Shown: positions 32,978-47,001, numbered from the whole stretch's first letter. The stretch is 62,747 nucleotides of DNA, filler included, from Asterionella formosa (GCA_002256025.1; 21 parts of 21 records of this genome joined end to end with filler, not necessarily neighbours in it); one strand, 5' to 3'. The notes: generated by a model not told the origin, from the letters alone. Numbers and translations are program-made.

Positions 32978-35850
32978 ATGGAACAGGAGAAGCCAACAGT
33001 GGGACCCATTGGTGCCACTCCTCCGGTATCGTCAGTAGTAATGCTAACAAAAATACAAGAATGGTCTCCAATTCAGACCCCCGCCCCAGGAGAATCCTCC
33101 CGTATGAATACATCTACCTACTTTGCTACGACCAGCATTACTAGTCGTCCCATCAGCAAACCAGAAAATATAGGTATTTTGAAATTCAGCTCAGTGCGTT
33201 GTTCGTTAGAAGACGCAACTCCAAAAGACACCATACATCAGGAAACTGTCACACAATCATCAACGCCGTCCTTCATGAAGGCAAATTCTCCACCACAAGA
33301 AGTTGTTGTTTCCGATGCAGTTGACGACAATTTACAGGAGAGTAGAAACAGTATCGACGAGGAACTGAAGACATTCATTGCGGCCAATCTAACGTCGCCA
33401 AGACGGGACTATCACAAAGACTTGCTTTTTGGAATTTTTCTTCGCGATCCTAACAGCAGGAAAAGAAAGAACGATGATGTGATGCAAAATAATTGCAATA
33501 TTACTTTTGGTGGCTATTTAAATACGATCCGAGCCACTGAGGGAAGGAAGAGACGAATTGAATCCATGGCCACCATCGACTCGCAACAGACAATAATGAA
33601 TGATGGCAAGGTCGTTGGAACAAAATTCAGAAGGACAGACACCACATGCATCACATTTGATGATAAAAAATCGCAAAACGAGCAATGTCGAATATCATCC
33701 TCACATTTGGCGTTGCTCCCACGCGTTTTGAATAGTTTTCCCAAACGTAACGATTCAAAAACAACAAAATCACCAATACAATTCGTCCCTGGGGCGAGGC
33801 GGCGTACAGGAGTGACAGCGCGCCATTTCGTGGAATTGACAAAGTATGTGTCGTCAAGATTCTTGAATTCATCACTGGGTCAAAGTGCGATAAACACCAA
33901 AAACTCATCTCTTCAGACTGTACAGGCAGAGCACAACAAAATACGAAGAGGGGGAATGATTCCTGGTCAAAAAATCGCAAGCTTTCAGCCCTTCGGGTTA
34001 GTATACAATGAGTGTTCACTGGCTGCTTTGGCGAATTGGTCAACACAGTCGGGTGTGACTCATGCCACTCCAAATGGCGAGCACCTCATAACTACCTCCA
34101 GCATCGTGGTCCCTGCTGCGTCTAGCACGTACCGAAAATGCTCAATTTGTGATAATTTTGGTCACTATGAAATTGAATGTCTTGCCTTGTTGAAGCAATC
34201 CACAATCACAAGCATGGCTGACCAAGTATCGATTCAGCTTAATTTGCGTGCTTATGAGGAAGCGAAATCGTATCCCAAAAGCGAGCGAGTCATTGAAAAA
34301 GACGAAGAGGACAACGTCACTGCATTTTCAAAGTGTGAAGTGGGTGCGAGTGCTCATAGCGGCGAGTTACTCTTGCTCTGTGATGGATGCGGCAAGTCGT
34401 ATCACACTACCTGTTTGAATCTCCCATTGGACTATGTTCCTGATGGCGACTGGTTCTGTTCCTCGTGCGAAAATTACAACTCCGATGTGAGCTCTGTCGT
34501 TGAGATTGAAGGATGTGAGGGGTTTGTTATTGAGCAACAGAAGAGAAAATGTGTCGTTGCAACTGGGGAACAAATTAGCTTTCCGGGCAAGCAAGGACAA
34601 GATCTTTCTGATGAAGATGGTTGGTATTCATCTGTGGCAATTATGAGAGCAACACCAGAGTTAGATCGTGATCACGCACAAGGCAAAAACTCGTCAGCTT
34701 TGAAAACGTCCCACACTGAATTGACTTTGTTCCCAGGTGCGATTTGCTGGGCCATGCAACGACAAGTACTATACGGCGAAATGGGAACAATCCGCTGGTG
34801 GCCTGCTATTGTGCAAGCAGTTGTGAAGGGGAGTAGTGGCGAAAAGTCTTCCACTTGTTTGGTAACTCTAGTTGGTGTTCACAAAGCTAATACGGTACAC
34901 CATACTTCTTGCGCCCTTCCATTTTTGGAACACTTCGAGACCTACGGTTACAACAAGATCAATAATCTCAGGAGGAGACACCGAGGTAGCAAGATGCTTA
35001 AGCTGTTTGAGGAGGCAGTCTGGAGCGTTGTCAACGAATTGGGTTTCAAAACATGGACTGAAGTTTTACAGATATCCCGAGAGGTATCCAGAGACAAGAA
35101 TCTATCATTAGGCTCGACATCGTCAAAGCGTCTACATTTCATGTTACCACAATGGGCAAGTGCTGACGAGGATGAGATTGACGGGATAGTTTTGCTTTCG
35201 AAAGAGCGAAACGTCAGGCCTTTCCGAGAAATAGATAGAATAGGAACTGATGCAACCAGAGGAACAAGGCATTCAATAATACGAGCTGGAAGCACCGTTA
35301 CTTGGATGGCTGATCACTTTGCTGAATCCCTTAGTAGAAAGGAGACGCAGGTGGGGACAGTCCTCGCAATCGACAGTGGACATCGTCTTGCTCTTGTTCG
35401 TCCTCTCACAAATTGGAAGGAGATTTTGCTGGAACAAGATTTCTCCGTCCGTAGCCGCGAGGGGCAGGGAATTCTATCTGTGAACGTCGCTCCCGCCTCT
35501 GCATTGACATGGATCGCGATGGACGACCTTCATGTTATCAGTAATCGTCCAACCGAGAAAGACTGTCTAAATGTTTCCATGAATGTTCTACCCAGACACC
35601 TCTGCTCGTCGCGGCAAACAATATCGAAGGGGGACACTAATGCAATAGAAGAAAGGGAAAATGAGAGCGGCGCACATATTCACATGAAGGTACAAACAGA
35701 GTTGCTACCGACTGAAACACTAGACGGTTGCAAACAGGTTGAAGATCTAATTGATACTTGTTTCAATGAATCGCAAGCGCATTTTCCTTCTGTACGAACA
35801 ACCGATATCAACATAAATCTGGAGAACGAGCCGGCGCTTCCAGTACAAAT
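32978..35850 (+). CDS. Chromatin-reader-like protein with a CCHC knuckle, PHD finger and PWWP-like domain (3'-truncated, possibly 5'-partial)
   Basis: CSICDNFGHYEIEC; CEVG..LLLCDGCGKSYHTTCL..VPDGDWFCSSC; PGAICWA..RWWPAIV..LPF. About 957 open codons. Confidence 0.85.
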
Positions 35851-35950
35851 NNNNNNNNNNNNNNNNNNNNNNNNNNNNNNNNNNNNNNNNNNNNTTAATT
35901 AATTAANNNNNNNNNNNNNNNNNNNNNNNNNNNNNNNNNNNNNNNNNNNN

Positions 35951-38841
35951 ATCTTGTCAGCATGATCCTCCATGAAAAGACCAAGGGCATAGCAGCTGAG
36001 ATTGTTGCTACTGACAAAAAGGCGAAGAAAAGTCTTCGTCATGCCTTGGCCAAGATTGGAGAACGCATGGCGCTACTTGGCACATTAACTCAGACGGGTG
36101 ATGATGGTCAAAATAGCACTCCAAATCGGCAAATCAAGAAACTAAAGTCAAAAATCAAAGCATTGAAAAGAAAGGATTCCGAGAAAGGAAGAGGGATAGG
36201 CGATAAGAAACAACAGAGCGAGAACAATTATATTCCAGATAATGTAATTGAGGCAGTGAAGAAAGCTGGAGGGAAATTCGGGAGCAAATATGTGAGCTAT
36301 CTGCTCAGGGGTCGAAATAAAGAGGAAGGTCGTGTTGTTAAATCGGTATTGAGTGAAGGACATGACAATGAGCGAGCCGATTCTGAAGATGATGCGACTG
36401 AAGGTCCCAGCCACATGCCAAGTGACGCTGCTTCCGCATCATTCGGCCGCGACTCTCGGAATAGGCATTCTGAGAACCCAACCAAAAAGCAAAAGGTCAG
36501 CTCAACAAGCAGCACCCGTAGGGAGCTCGCTGGTGTGGTGACTCACTGTAAAGTGGGCTACAAGGTTGGAAAGGCACTAGTCATACAGCATCCTAATGAC
36601 TTTAAGGTCACAGCTCGTCTGGAAGTGGATTCCAGAGCCGACACATGTTGTTTTGGGAAAACATTCCGCCTACTAGAGCAAAGCGATCGAGTGGCAGATG
36701 TTCAGGGCTTCTCTGGGGAGCTAGGATCCTTTTCAGATGTTCCAATTGGCACATGTGCAACAGCAATTGACCTAACAGGGCTACAGGAAACCATCATTGG
36801 TGTCTGGAACGAAGGCCTTTACTTTGGCAAGCGTTTAGACGATTCACTCCTCAACCCTAATCAGTGTCGAGCATATGGTATTGTAGTCGACACCTGCCCC
36901 AAGCAATATTCCCAAGGAAAATCTTTGCATGGAATTTATGTTCCAGAACAAGACCTTTTCTTCCCATTTAAGATGCATGGATGCATCAGCTATCTCACTA
37001 CTCGCCTCCCTACCGATGATGAATTAGTCAACTGTCGGCACGTCACATTTACTTCCGATGCAGCATGGGACCCTTATTCGCAGTCCTTTGCCAACCTCGA
37101 GAAGGTTTATGAAAATGTTGCTCGTGGAGATACAACTGGGGAGTTCTTTAGCACACATGGCGACATTGTGCACTGTGTTGGAGCCACTTCCAGCACAGAT
37201 CGCCGCTCAACTGTGGATGCAGCCACACTGGCCCGACGATGGGGGACAAGTTTGGCAACTGCAGCGAGTACCCTGCAGGCATCTACAACAAGAGCAGTTC
37301 GGTTTTACCCACAAATGGAAGAGCTCTCCCGCCGGTTTCGTACGCGTCAAGGACAGCTACGATACCCTCACCTTCGTACTAGGTGGTACACTGATACCAT
37401 GTTTCCCAAGGACAAGGTGAAGTCGGTGAGGGGACACACATGTGCACAACTTTTCTGTAATGATCAGTGTTGGGCCAAGGTGTATCCAATGCGCTCTGAG
37501 GCAGATTGTGGGGATAGATTCAATGCGGCCATCCGGCAATATGGGATTCCAGAACTAGGTATCCACTCAGACAATGCAGCTGCGGAAACGGGGGACTTCA
37601 CAGAGTTCGAGAGAGTCCGGAAGATCCACTTAGTTCCTCGCACAACAACAGAGCCTCACAGCCCCTGGATGAACAGAGCTGAGAGCGAGATTGGACAATT
37701 CAAGACGCATTGGCGTCGTATCATGAATAGGTACAGATGTCCAGACATGCTGTGGTGTTTTGCAGCGGAATATACCTCCAACATCCGTGAGCTCATGTCT
37801 AGACCTGCACTTGAGGGTCGATCTCCATATGAAGTGATGACAGGTGAGACTCCTGATATTTCGGAGTATACAGATTTCGATTTCTATCAGTTTGTGATTT
37901 ACTATGATCCCAATGATATGGACGAGAGTGGCCTGGCCTGACGGAAACTCGGGAGATGGCTCGGCCCCTCCAAGAGCGTTGGGCAAGCTTTATGTTACTA
38001 TGTACTTAATGCGAATGGGCGGTACATCGCTCGGTCGACTGTAAGGCCGATTGTCGATGATGATTATTTAAAGTATCCAATGCTGAGAGATGAAATGAAA
38101 GAATTTGAGACTAGGATAAAGGAGCATGTTGGGGTCCATGATAATGACGCTATCCTCCAGTCTGAGGTAGATGAGCCTGAAGAAGAGATCTTCGAGGCTA
38201 CCCCTGATGGCATTCTCCATACAGATGAAGATCTGGAAGAAGATCCTAATGGTCCAAGTTTCGATCCACTGATTAAGGCTCAGGTCGTACTTCCACACAA
38301 GGAGGGCGATATGATTGCAGTGGTCATTAAACAAAAGCGGGATGCAAACGGGAACCTGGTTGGGCGAAAGCACAGGTTTCCAAGGTTAGATTCCAGGGTT
38401 TATGAGGTCGAATTCTTAGATGGTGAGCGACAGCAAATCGCATACAATATATTGGCAGAGCATCTCCTCAGTCAGGTAGACGAGGAGGGTAGACAGTACC
38501 AACTCTTCAAAGAAATTGTGGACCATCGCCGTGATTCAAGGAAGGCTGTGGAGAAGAGTGATCAATACTTCCAGAGAAACGGGAAACATTATAAGAAGAA
38601 GACAACAACTGGTTGGGATCTAGAAGTCGAATGGAGGGACGGATCTACATCCTGGCTCCCATTAAAGACTTTGAAGCAAACAAATCCAATTGAAGTTGCC
38701 GAATACGCCAAAGCGAACCAAATCGAAACCGAGCCTGCTTTTGATTGGTGGGTTCCAATGGTTTTAAGACGCAAGAAACGAATCATCAGGGCAACACAGA
38801 GTAGACACCACCGAGCTGGTTTTAAATTTGGGGTTCAAATG
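35951..38841 (+). pseudogene. CoDi-type Ty1/copia gag end, protease and integrase; copy with a nonsense codon
   Basis: Protease LEVDSRADTCC; integrase YTDTMF, HSDNA, NRAESEI; TPDISEY. TGA at 37939-37941 where contig 14 has CGA. Confidence 0.9.
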
Positions 38842-38941
38842 NNNNNNNNNNNNNNNNNNNNNNNNNNNNNNNNNNNNNNNNNNNNTTAATTAATTAANNN
38901 NNNNNNNNNNNNNNNNNNNNNNNNNNNNNNNNNNNNNNNNN

Positions 38942-41832
38942 CATTTGAACCCCAAATTTAAAACCAGCTCGGTGGTGTCTACTCTGTGTTGCCCTGATGA
39001 TTCGTTTCTTGCGTCTTAAAACCATTGGAACCCACCAATCAAAAGCAGGCTCGGTTTCGATTTGGTTCGCTTTGGCATATTCAGCAACTTCAATTGGATT
39101 TGTTTGCTTCAAAGTCTTTAATGGGAGCCAGGATGTAGATCCGTCCCTCCATTCGACTTCTAGATCCCAACCAGTTGTTGTCTTCTTCTTATAATGTTTA
39201 CCGTTTCTCTGGAAGTATTGATCACTCTTCTCCACAGCCTTCCTTGAATCACGGCGATGGTCCACAATTTCTTTGAAGAGTTGGTACTGTCTACCCTCCT
39301 CGTCTACCTGACTGAGGAGATGCTCTGCCAATATATTGTATGCGATTTGCTGTCGCTCACCATCTAAGAATTCGACCTCATAAACCCTGGAATCTAACCT
39401 TGGAAACCTGTGCTTTCGCCCAACCAGGTTCCCGTTTGCATCCCGCTTTTGTTTAATGACCACTGCAATCATATCGCCCTCCTTGTGTGGAAGTACGACC
39501 TGAGCCTTAATCAGTGGATCGAAACTTGGACCATTAGGATCTTCTTCCAGATCTTCATCTGTAGGGAGAATGCCATCAGGGGTAGCCTCGAAGATCTCTT
39601 CTTCAGGCTCATCTACCTCAGACTGGAGGATAGCATCATTATCATGGACCCCAACATGCTCCTTTATCCTAGTCTCAAATTCTTTCATTTCATCTCTCAG
39701 CATTGGATACTTTAAATAATCATCGTCGACAATCGGCCTTACAGTCGACCGAGCGATGTACCGCCCATTCGCCTTAAGTACATAGTAACATAAAGCTTGC
39801 CCAACGCTCTTGGAGGGGCCGAGCCATCTCCCGAGTTTCCGTCGGGCCAGGCCACTCTCGTCCATATCATTGGGATCATAGTAAATCACAAACTGATAGA
39901 AATCGAAATCTGTATACTCCGAAATATCAGGAGTCTCACCTGTCATTACTTCATATGGAGATCGACCCTCAAGTGCAGGTCTAGACATGAGCTCACGGAT
40001 GTTGGAGGTATATTCCGCTGCAAAACACCACAGCATGTCTGGACATCTGTACCTATTCATGATACGACGCCAATGCGTCTTGAATTGTCCAATCTCGCTC
40101 TCAGCTCTGTTCATCCAGGGGCTGTGAGGCTCTGTTGTTGTGCGAGGAACTAAGTGGATCTTCCGGACTCTCTCGAACTCTGTGAAGTCCCCCGTTTCCG
40201 CAGCTGCATTGTCTGAGTGGATGCCTAGTTCTGGAATCCCATATTGCCGGATGGCCGCATTGAATCTATCCCCACAATCTGCCTCAGAGCGCATTGGATA
40301 CACCTTGGCCCAACACTGATCATTACAGAAAAGTTGTGCACATGTGTGTCCCCTCACCGACTTCACCTTGTCCTTGGGAAACATGGTATCAGTATACCAC
40401 CTAGTACGAAGGTGAGGGTATCGTAACTGTCCTTGACGCGTACGAAACCGGCGGGAGAGCTCTTCCATTTGTGGGTAAAACCGAACTGCTCTTGTTGTAG
40501 ATGCCTGCAGGGTACTCGCTGCAGTTGCCAAACTTGTTCCCCATCGTCGGGCCAGTGTGGCTGCATCCACAGTTGAGCGGCGATCTGTGCTGGAAGTGGC
40601 TCCAACACAGTGCACAATGTCGCCATGTGTGCTAAAAAACTCCCCAGTTGTATCTCCACGAGCAACATTTTCATATACCTTCTCGAGGTTGGCAAAGGAC
40701 TGCGAATAAGGGTCCCATGCTGCATCGGAAGTAAATGTGACGTGCCGACAGTTGACTAATTCATCATCGGTAGGGAGGCGAGTAGTGAGATAGCTGATGC
40801 ATCCATGCATCTTAAATGGGAAGAAAAGGTCTTGTTCTGGAACATAAATTCCATGCAAAGATTTTCCTTGGGAATATTGCTTGGGGCAGGTGTCGACTAC
40901 AATACCATATGCTCGACACTGATTAGGGTTGAGGAGTGAATCGTCTAAACGCTTGCCAAAGTAAAGGCCTTCGTTCCAGACACCAATGATGGTTTCCTGT
41001 AGCCCTGTTAGGTCAATTGCTGTTGCACATGTGCCAATTGGAACATCTGAAAAGGATCCTAGCTCCCCAGAGAAGCCCTGAACATCTGCCACTCGATCGC
41101 TTTGCTCTAGTAGGCGGAATGTTTTCCCAAAACAACATGTGTCGGCTCTGGAATCCACTTCCAGACGAGCTGTGACCTTAAAGTCATTAGGATGCTGTAT
41201 GACTAGTGCCTTTCCAACCTTGTAGCCCACTTTACAGTGAGTCACCACACCAGCGAGCTCCCTACGGGTGCTGCTTGTTGAGCTGACCTTTTGCTTTTTG
41301 GTTGGGTTCTCAGAATGCCTATTCCGAGAGTCGCGGCCGAATGATGCGGAAGCAGCGTCACTTGGCATGTGGCTGGGACCTTCAGTCGCATCATCTTCAG
41401 AATCGGCTCGCTCATTGTCATGTCCTTCACTCAATACCGATTTAACAACACGACCTTCCTCTTTATTTCGACCCCTGAGCAGATAGCTCACATATTTGCT
41501 CCCGAATTTCCCTCCAGCTTTCTTCACTGCCTCAATTACATTATCTGGAATATAATTGTTCTCGCTCTGTTGTTTCTTATCGCCTATCCCTCTTCCTTTC
41601 TCGGAATCCTTTCTTTTCAATGCTTTGATTTTTGACTTTAGTTTCTTGATTTGCCGATTTGGAGTGCTATTTTGACCATCATCACCCGTCTGAGTTAATG
41701 TGCCAAGTAGCGCCATGCGTTCTCCAATCTTGGCCAAGGCATGACGAAGACTTTTCTTCGCCTTTTTGTCAGTAGCAACAATCTCAGCTGCTATGCCCTT
41801 GGTCTTTTCATGGAGGATCATGCTGACAAGAT
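38942..41832 (-). mobile_element. CoDi-type Ty1/copia gag end, protease and integrase; uninterrupted copy (partial at both ends)
   Basis: Uninterrupted ORF of about 960 codons. Near-identical reverse complement of contig 13 with the same breakpoints. Confidence 0.92.
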
Positions 41833-43484
41833 NNNNNNNNNNNNNNNNNNNNNNNNNNNNNNNNNNNNNNNNNNNNTTAATTAATTAANNNNNNNNNNNN
41901 NNNNNNNNNNNNNNNNNNNNNNNNNNNNNNNNGTAGAACAAGATCCGAATCTCACTCAGGAGCTTTGAAAAATGCATATGTCTCATTTCTACCATTAATT
42001 AGCATGTTCGCTTGAAGTTATTCACTTAAACATTTTGGTAGTCTCAGTATTCAAAAATCAATATTTCTCTTGCTGAAATCAAAGCATGTGCTTATATATT
42101 TGAAGCGACTTTTTGTTTTTTCCCTTGTTGGCCTTTGAGTGAGTCATGAGCAAGATTTCAGAGCGAAAGAAGAACTATGTCATGGTACTTCTGGGAGGCA
42201 GTTGATTGCAACTGAAGGAAATCAAATAGGATTTATCAAAATTTGTAAGAATCTAAATTTCCCATTCACAGGAAAATCCTAATGCAAGAAACACTAACCA
42301 AAAATTTATCTCCATCGATATAAATCAGAACAAAGCATGCAGCTGCCAGCTTCATGAAATCATCTTTGTTTCCATGGTCTGATGCTGTTTGCTGTAATTA
42401 CATTTGCGGTTTACTACTACTTCCTTCACACATATTTTCCAACAACAAATGAACAGGCAACCATCCATCATCAGTCAACAATAAATTTGGAATGGGCGTT
42501 GTATGTCCATCCACTACCACAGATCTCAGTAAAAGCGTTGAGTCCATTACAACAGTCCACCATTCCTGTGGCAAATAGCCTTCCAGCACCATTTCTGCCG
42601 GAATTTTTTCAGACAAGGTCCAAAGGAGTTCTTGAACCATACATTCCGGAGTGAGCATGGGATGAAAGGATTCCAGCAATACATTCCTGAATTTTTTTCT
42701 CGTGTCATTTGAAGTTAAGTTTTCAGGACCCAGGAAAAAAACATCCTTGCGATCCAGTTGGCCTAAAATGGCAGCATCCAATCGATGATTTTCAATTCTT
42801 GCAATAGTCCTTGTTGGTGATGGATTTTTTACAACTAATTCCGACTGTTCTTGATTGACACCTGTGAATTGCATCAATTCTGTTGTTATTTTTCATCTTG
42901 GCCTGTTGCATTAAGGTCTTCTGTCGATTTGAGACCTTGGCAGTGTTGGCAGCATTGTTGCTAGTAGCAATGGTCATATTGGCAATGGATCCGCCGGTCA
43001 GGGAGTGAATGACCAAATCAGACGAAGCTCTTGTGCTGCCACAACCATTGTACTTCGACGCCTTTGGATTCATCACATTATGCTTGTGAAATAGATAAAT
43101 TGCTTGGTGGTACCACATTGATTGGATGCATCACTCCGATTGCTCACAATTTGTTCTCGATTGTTATGTAATTGATGACTGCCTGGATGGTATGGGTCTT
43201 GATTCTTGCATGGTTGCCATGGCTCGCTGTGGCTCTGAGATGGTGTGGCGACCTTCTTCTGTCATGCTGAGGAGAGATTCAGCTTGTTGATTTATGACTC
43301 CGCAATTTATGATGACTTCGGGGCAGGAGGAATGGATTGGGACAATTGTTTTGCAATTTTGATGGAAGATGGGATTTACTTTCAATTATTATAGCTAGCT
43401 GCCCTACCTGCTACCAGGTACCCAGAAAGAATGGCAACAATCAGGTTTATGTGGATGACCATCACTGTATAATAGTGAATACCA

Positions 43485-43700
43485 GTCGTGCTTCTGACTT
43501 GGTATATAAAAAACCAGGTTATTAACAGTGCTTTACAATAATAACCGTGGTTATTTGCCATCAAGTCTGACTTGTGGCGTCAGACTTTTGACTCAAGTCC
43601 AGACTTGGTATAAATAACTAGAGGTTATTATTATATTCAAACCATGCATCAGACTTCATTTTGTGTGGCAAGTCTGGATGTGTTAAAATAACCAACCCTC
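43485..43700. repeat. Cluster of TCTGACTT/CAGACTT and AATAACC/GGTTATT motifs, possible DNA-transposon subterminal region
   Basis: AAGTCTGAC..GTCAGACTT hairpin at 43563-43587, further CAGACTT copies and repeated ATAACC motifs. Confidence 0.45.
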
Positions 43701-44400
43701 ACCTCTCTTTTATATCATGTACATTTATGATGTATTATTATCGGTAGGTTATGTACATATGTGGAGTATATACCTATAGGTACCTGGTGCACCTGTAAAC
43801 GACAAAACAAGAAGCAACCATGGTCACCAGGTAGACCAGGTAGGAGTACTCTGCAGCTAATACCGTATATCTAAAAAAACATATGACATGAACTGACCCT
43901 CCATTCATAGTAAACTGTGACGGCCATTATGTACCTCCTGGTTTCATGTACCGTCAGAATGGCTGAATATTCGATGAAGACAACCCGGAGTTTGGTATTG
44001 CTTTACGTAGAGGAAAGTGAGTACCAGTCGGCATCTCACTGAAAGATTCGAGGTTGTCGTTAAATCTGAATATTGCGGAAGCTATTTCCACGTCAGACGT
44101 CCCGTCGTCGTGTTCCGTCCATCTGGTTGACTCACTTAGCTTGGTTTCTGCCATAGAAAGGAACGAAGGAGTTGCAGTTAATAAGAAAAGTGCAAGCTGA
44201 CATCGGCCACCTCAAAACTAATAAATTCGCAGCTGTAGAAGTGTACGAGGATTTAACGATAGTGCGATGACGCCATGAGCATCAAATCCCTCAGCACAAA
44301 ACCTATGTTCCTATATCATATGTTTGTATGCACATGGGGAAAACACCTATGTTAGCACAAGAAGATCGAAATCACCAAACAACAACAATTTGTTTCAATC

Positions 44401-44822
44401 ATGATGCAAGGCCTCGACGCTCTTGCTGCCGCTAGCGACGCTGCCACGCAAGCAGATCGCAACGAGCAACAGAGGCTTCAACGGAACGATTATAATGGAG
44501 AATTGACACCACAACAGAGCATCGCAGCTAACCAGATGAATGGTCACCATTCAGTTCCTTCGCCCACCGCATCTACTTATACAGGTGCCCCAATTGCTGT
44601 CCAGCACCAGGTCGAGTCAAACAAATCCCTCCCTGCATACGCTCCTGTCCAAGTTCAATGGGGTCAAGCAAATCACATGTTTGGAGCTCCCAACTCTGCG
44701 GCTACTTCTGCTGCAGCGGCTGCCATGTTTCAAGCGGCCCTTGCTCAGAATCCTGTCATGGCAAAAACTGGCGGAGCTGAGACCTATAACGCTATGCAGC
44801 ACCTTGCATACTATCAATTCAT
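44401..44822 (+). CDS. N-terminus of a Gln/Ala-rich protein, possibly a transcription regulator (3'-truncated)
   Basis: Starts MMQGLDALAAAS after a CAACAACAA-rich leader. Low-complexity Q/A composition; open to the contig end. Confidence 0.65.
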
Positions 44823-46332
44823 NNNNNNNNNNNNNNNNNNNNNNNNNNNNNNNNNNNNNNNNNNNNTTAATTAATTAANNNNNNNNNNNNNNNNNNNNNN
44901 NNNNNNNNNNNNNNNNNNNNNNCACAAACTCTTGTCAATGAAGAAGTGTAGTACTAGATAAACTAGCTAGCTAGTTTCTATAAATATAGTATTTTTACTA
45001 TTCTCCTGCTATGTAGCAGCACAGTAGCTGTTTCTAGACTAGCAAAAAACAACATTGTACTAATTAGCTAGCTACCAGCATCATTCTGGATGAGATTTTG
45101 CTCTAGTAAACAAACACTACCAGTAGCAATTCAAATGAATATTTCCTATGCTGAGTCATCAGGAGGTCGTTCAGGGCATATAAAATCAGGGGTCACGAAA
45201 ACTTGCTAAATTAGTTGACTATGAGAAAAAGTAAAGAAACTAAAATAATCGCTACAGTGCGCGCTGTAAACAAAAACCTAGATGAACACAAGGGATCAAA
45301 AATCCTATCCATAAAACGACAAGTGCTCCATCTGTATTTGTGGTCGACAGGAATCTGTCATCGTTTTCATCCTGCTCAAACATATTGAGAGCAGGCAAGG
45401 TTTTCCGTACATGATTTTCGAAGATCTGAAAAGGAAGCAAGTCTCCTCACTCTCTCACTTTGTCTGTACAGTACCTGGTAGACTAATACCATTTTGTAAG
45501 TACCGGTAGGGTGGATGGGAAAACAAATCTCAATCATTTCCTGCATTTCCTGAATTTTGCTTATTGCCCTTCTTACAATTATTACGGTACATACATATCA
45601 GTTCTTGTTTTCCAATAAATGTACCTCCTGTGCATTAAAAATGATACTGGTGTATTCAGGACACTGTAAAGATGTTAACATACATGTCGCTCGTAATTTC
45701 TCAAAATGTCTTTATGATCTCATTCATCATGAAACAACGTAACAGATGCATGCATGATCGCGGCGGAATGATGGTGTGAGGCAGAAACATGCTATCCATG
45801 TGTTAATGTATCGTGATACATCATTATGTGACCCTTCCTGCCTATCACAGATGTAAAAATGATACCATTATGCATATATGTGAAGATAATAGCAATCATA
45901 CTGGCTGAACCCCCAATGTGGAGCGACTTTTAATGTCCATGTGGAGTTATTCTTTTATTATTATATCACAGGACTTTTTTAATACTGCCGACCCCATCAA
46001 AGAATCAGCAAAAATAAGATGAATTCATCATCAGTATGCACATTATATGACATGTAATTTGTTTTGCATCATTTGCTGGACCTTGTCACTGTTTTCCATC
46101 TTCATCTTGAGGTGGTGACAGTGTGCTATCCATCTCCATGTTGATGGATCCTTCTTTATGTAAATGAAAGAGTTTGCAAAACGAACATCACCATGAATTT
46201 ATCAATCAGGGAAACATCAATGAACATAAATTCAAAATCAGCAGTTACCATTTCATTGAACATCAGCCAGCATCATTTGCTGGTGGTGCTCTTGGTCCTA
46301 CTATGGTTTGGAATCTCTACTTCAATATGGCT

Positions 46333-47001
46333 TTATTTTGACCTAATGGGCTCATCTGTATTCCATTGTCCATCATGTCGCACACGCCCATCAGGATATG
46401 TTTCAACACCTTGTCCATGAGCCATTCCTGTCTTCCATTCACCCTTGTAGGTACGTCCATCTTCCCAATGACATTCCCCAAATCCATCATACCGACCATC
46501 GACCCAAGATCCCACATAGTATCCTCCATCAGAAAAGGTATATCGACCATGCCCTTCACGTTGACCCTGAACAAAATCCCCTTGATAAGTTGCTCCATCA
46601 GGCCATTTAAAGGTCCCCTTACCATGTCGCTTGTCTTCACTAAACGAGCCATCATAGAAACGTCCATCTGACCAACAATAAACTCCCCTTCCATGACGTT
46701 GATCAAATCTATACTCTCCTACATATGAATCACCGTTCGCAAAGGTGGCCCTACCATGTCCATGCCATCGTCCATGCCTCCAATCTCCTTCAAATGTGCG
46801 GCCATCATCTTCATAGACCATGCGCCCGACACCATGCGGCATTCCTGTTGATCGCAAGACGAGACCTGAAAAATTTCCTCCGTCTCCATATGGGTCCAAC
46901 AACGTTTGGGCCAATACCCTTTGGCAGTCTTCTGCAGCAATCGGGGACGACATGGAAGTGGTTGGAATTTGGGTTGAAGGCTGAGACTCTGTTGCTGGCA
47001 A
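46333..47001 (-). CDS. MORN-repeat protein; start uncertain (first in-frame ATG at 46953)
   Basis: About seven Y.G.W/F....HG.G repeats (FEGDWRHGRWHGHG, YVGEYRFDQRHGRG and others), preceded by DPYGDGG.FSG. Confidence 0.88.
   Translation of the reverse strand: MPATESQPSTQIPTTSMSSPIAAEDCQRVLAQTLLDPYGDGGNFSGLVLRSTGMPHGVGRMVYEDDGRTFEGDWRHGRWHGHGRATFANGDSYVGEYRFDQRHGRGVYCWSDGRFYDGSFSEDKRHGKGTFKWPDGATYQGDFVQGQREGHGRYTFSDGGYYVGSWVDGRYDGFGECHWEDGRTYKGEWKTGMAHGQGVETYPDGRVRHDGQWNTDEPIRSK

Noticed and set aside
35951..41832. Apparent head-to-head inverted copia pair
   Set aside because: Same artefact: identical breakpoints and lengths on either side of a linker.
42398..43400. Minus-strand coding-like stretch (159-aa ORF and neighbours)
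   Set aside because: Fragmented and without an identifiable motif; possibly a decayed TE gene but unsupported.
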